NCBI GenBank assembly: GCA_964622255.1
Contig: CAZUPK010000012.1
Coordinates: 279-64,278, forward strand
Length of the DNA: 64,000 bases
Source: an uncultured Campylobacterales bacterium
GTDB taxonomy: Bacteria; Campylobacterota; Campylobacteria; Campylobacterales; QNZT01
Reading direction: 5' to 3'
Shown here: piece by piece, positions 62,303 through 64,000 of the stretch
Layout of the letters: each line of letters begins with the position of its first letter
Position numbering within the stretch: the first letter of the stretch is position 1
The notes under the pieces: model-generated
The model's input: only the letters and a program-made list of their open reading frames with translations
The model's database searches: none
What the model was told of the DNA's origin: nothing
Made by a program: the position numbers and the translations under genes

Positions 62303-62974
62303 ATGACAGCACATATAGTTATCATCGAAGATGAAGAGGATATTTTAGAGCTTGAGGAGTATCTTCTTGAAAAAGAGGGCTTCTTGGTTACTGGTTTCTT
62401 ATCTACAAAAAAAGTTTTGGATTTTTTAGATGAAGAAGAAGTTCATCTTTTGATAGTGGATAGAAACTTACCAGGAGTTGAGGGTAGTGAATTTGTAAAA
62501 GAGATAAGAGAGCTGGGATATCAAATACCTGTTATCTTTGTCTCTGCAAAAGTTGGCAGTGAGGATGTAGAAAGGGGTTTTGAAAGTGGTGGAGACGACT
62601 ATCTAACAAAACCTTTTAACCCTAAAGAACTTGTTTTAAGAATAAAGTCGATATTAAAAAGAACATATAAGACTACTGACAAAAAAATAAAATACAAAGA
62701 TATAACACTTGATATTGTAAATAGAAAAGCTTTTATAGACAGTTATAAAGTTACCCTAAGTCGCTTAGAGTTTGAACTTTTACTATACTTCATAAAAAAT
62801 CCTTTAAGGGTTATAACAAGAGATGAACTTTTGGAAAATATTTGGCACCACGATGAAAATACACAAGAAAAAACGGTAAATGTTGCTATAAACAGACTCT
62901 TAAAAAAGATTGATCCTATAAAGGGGAAAAATTATATAGAACCTATTCGTGGAGTTGGTTATAAGTTATTGTAA
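62303..62974 (+). CDS. OmpR/PhoB-family response regulator
   Basis: Receiver domain (IIEDEEDI, LLIVDRNLPG, KPF) plus a winged-helix output (LSRLEFELLLYF, VNVAINRLLKKI, IRGVGYKL). Confidence 0.85.
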   Translation: MTAHIVIIEDEEDILELEEYLLEKEGFLVTGFLSTKKVLDFLDEEEVHLLIVDRNLPGVEGSEFVKEIRELGYQIPVIFVSAKVGSEDVERGFESGGDDYLTKPFNPKELVLRIKSILKRTYKTTDKKIKYKDITLDIVNRKAFIDSYKVTLSRLEFELLLYFIKNPLRVITRDELLENIWHHDENTQEKTVNVAINRLLKKIDPIKGKNYIEPIRGVGYKLL

Positions 62975-63028
62975 TCAAACTGTAATAATCTATAGGTAAA
63001 ATTTTACAAAAATTTCAAAAGGATAGTT

Positions 63029-64000
63029 ATGAATACAAAAAGGATAGTTCTATTTTCAATAATATTTTTAGAACTCATCTCAAGCTTAGGTGCAGATGTG
63101 ATTGTAAAAAATAAAACTGCTGTTTTAAAGTTTAGTGGTGAACATAGATTTACTTTTACCGATAGTAATACTGGTGGAGACAATGGTAAATTTTCAGTTG
63201 ATAGAACTTATTTACAAGTAAAAGCTTACTTTTTAGAAGATCCAAAATCTTATGCAAGAATAACTATGGATACAAAGGAAGATGCTTCAGGAACTTATAA
63301 CACTTATCTAAAATATAGCTACCTATACTTAGCAAATGTTTTACCAAATACCGGGGTTGAAATCGGTCAAGTTCATAAACCTTGGGCTGACTATGAAGAG
63401 CATTATGGTTTTACTAAACAAGCTGTTTATGGTATCTTTGCAGATAAACTTCACCTGACAAGTTCAGCTGATAGAGGTGTAAACTTTAAAACAAAACTGG
63501 TAAACTTTTCAAGTGAGATAGGTGTTTTTCAGGGTGAAGGATATAAAGATGTACCTAACTATGCAAATGAAGGTCTAAGTTATGATGCAAGAGTAACTTA
63601 TCACTTTTTTGGAACTAAAGATAAAAAAAATTACCTAAATATCTCAGTTACAGGTGCCTTCAACAAAAAACACAACTATGACAATGCAACAAAAACTTAT
63701 GGAGATAAAACTTGGTCGCTTGTTCATATAGTATATAAAAACAATCAGTTTTTATTAGCTGGTCAATACATAAATCTTTCTAAAGATGAAGTAACTCCAA
63801 CAACTGATGATAAGGGTAATGGTTACTCCGTAAATGGTGATCTCTATATAAATACGAAAACTACTCTTTTTGCAAGATATGATAGTTTTAAAAGAGACAG
63901 GGATAATCAAAAGAAGGAAAATACTATTGCAGGTATAGCATATAAGTATAATAAAAATATAACTTTTGCTCTTTCAAGCCTAAAACATAAAAAAAGCGAA
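63029..64000 (+). CDS. putative outer-membrane porin (5' part; continues past the right edge)
   Basis: Signal peptide MNTKRIVLFSIIFLELISSLGA, followed by alternating aromatic/polar beta-strand patterns (YLQVKAYF, YLKYSYLYL, RVTYHFF, IAGIAYKY). Open to the window end. Confidence 0.55.
   Translation, partial: MNTKRIVLFSIIFLELISSLGADVIVKNKTAVLKFSGEHRFTFTDSNTGGDNGKFSVDRTYLQVKAYFLEDPKSYARITMDTKEDASGTYNTYLKYSYLYLANVLPNTGVEIGQVHKPWADYEEHYGFTKQAVYGIFADKLHLTSSADRGVNFKTKLVNFSSEIGVFQGEGYKDVPNYANEGLSYDARVTYHFFGTKDKKNYLNISVTGAFNKKHNYDNATKTYGDKTWSLVHIVYKNNQFLLAGQYINLSKDEVTPTTDDKGNGYSVNGDLYINTKTTLFARYDSFKRDRDNQKKENTIAGIAYKYNKNITFALSSLKHKKSE

Overview
This is an AT-rich, gene-dense chromosomal window whose gene content and order look like Campylobacterota (epsilonproteobacteria). 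Most of it is housekeeping. One long minus-strand run (4359-22431) reads obg, proB, fmt, birA, parA, parB, atpF'FHAGDC, tolQ/R/A/B, pal, ybgF, slyD and a PAS-GGDEF-EAL protein. As far as I recall, C. jejuni has the same order. A second minus-strand run carries rpsF-ssb-rpsR, holA and rnr. The right half holds mraY-murD, gpmI, rpsT, prfA, serA-serC, recA-eno, bioB, topA, bcp-queH-fabZ-lpxA-clpX-mreBC-carB, and then a response regulator and a porin. I found no rRNA, tRNA, CRISPR array, transposase, integrase or phage gene, and no clear multi-gene defence or mobile island. The candidates I would look at again are: (1) the only plus-strand insert in the long minus-strand run (22.4-24.9 kb), which encodes a secreted protein made of four tandem PilJ/NarX-type sensor modules with no output domain, followed by a 133-aa degenerate GGDEF-like protein that keeps an RxxD I-site; (2) a conserved ~35-nt non-coding motif, each copy behind its own -10 box, present at 22.59 kb and 29.32 kb; (3) two small decaying toxin-antitoxin-like remnants (MNT/HEPN at 0.85-1.5 kb, DUF2442 at 29.1 kb); (4) a homopolymer frameshift in the essential gene mraY; (5) a ferredoxin-thioredoxin-reductase/rhodanese fusion; and (6) a glycine-rich, three-fold internally repeated putative outer-membrane protein. 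All functional calls come from reading motifs in the translations. No database search was run.
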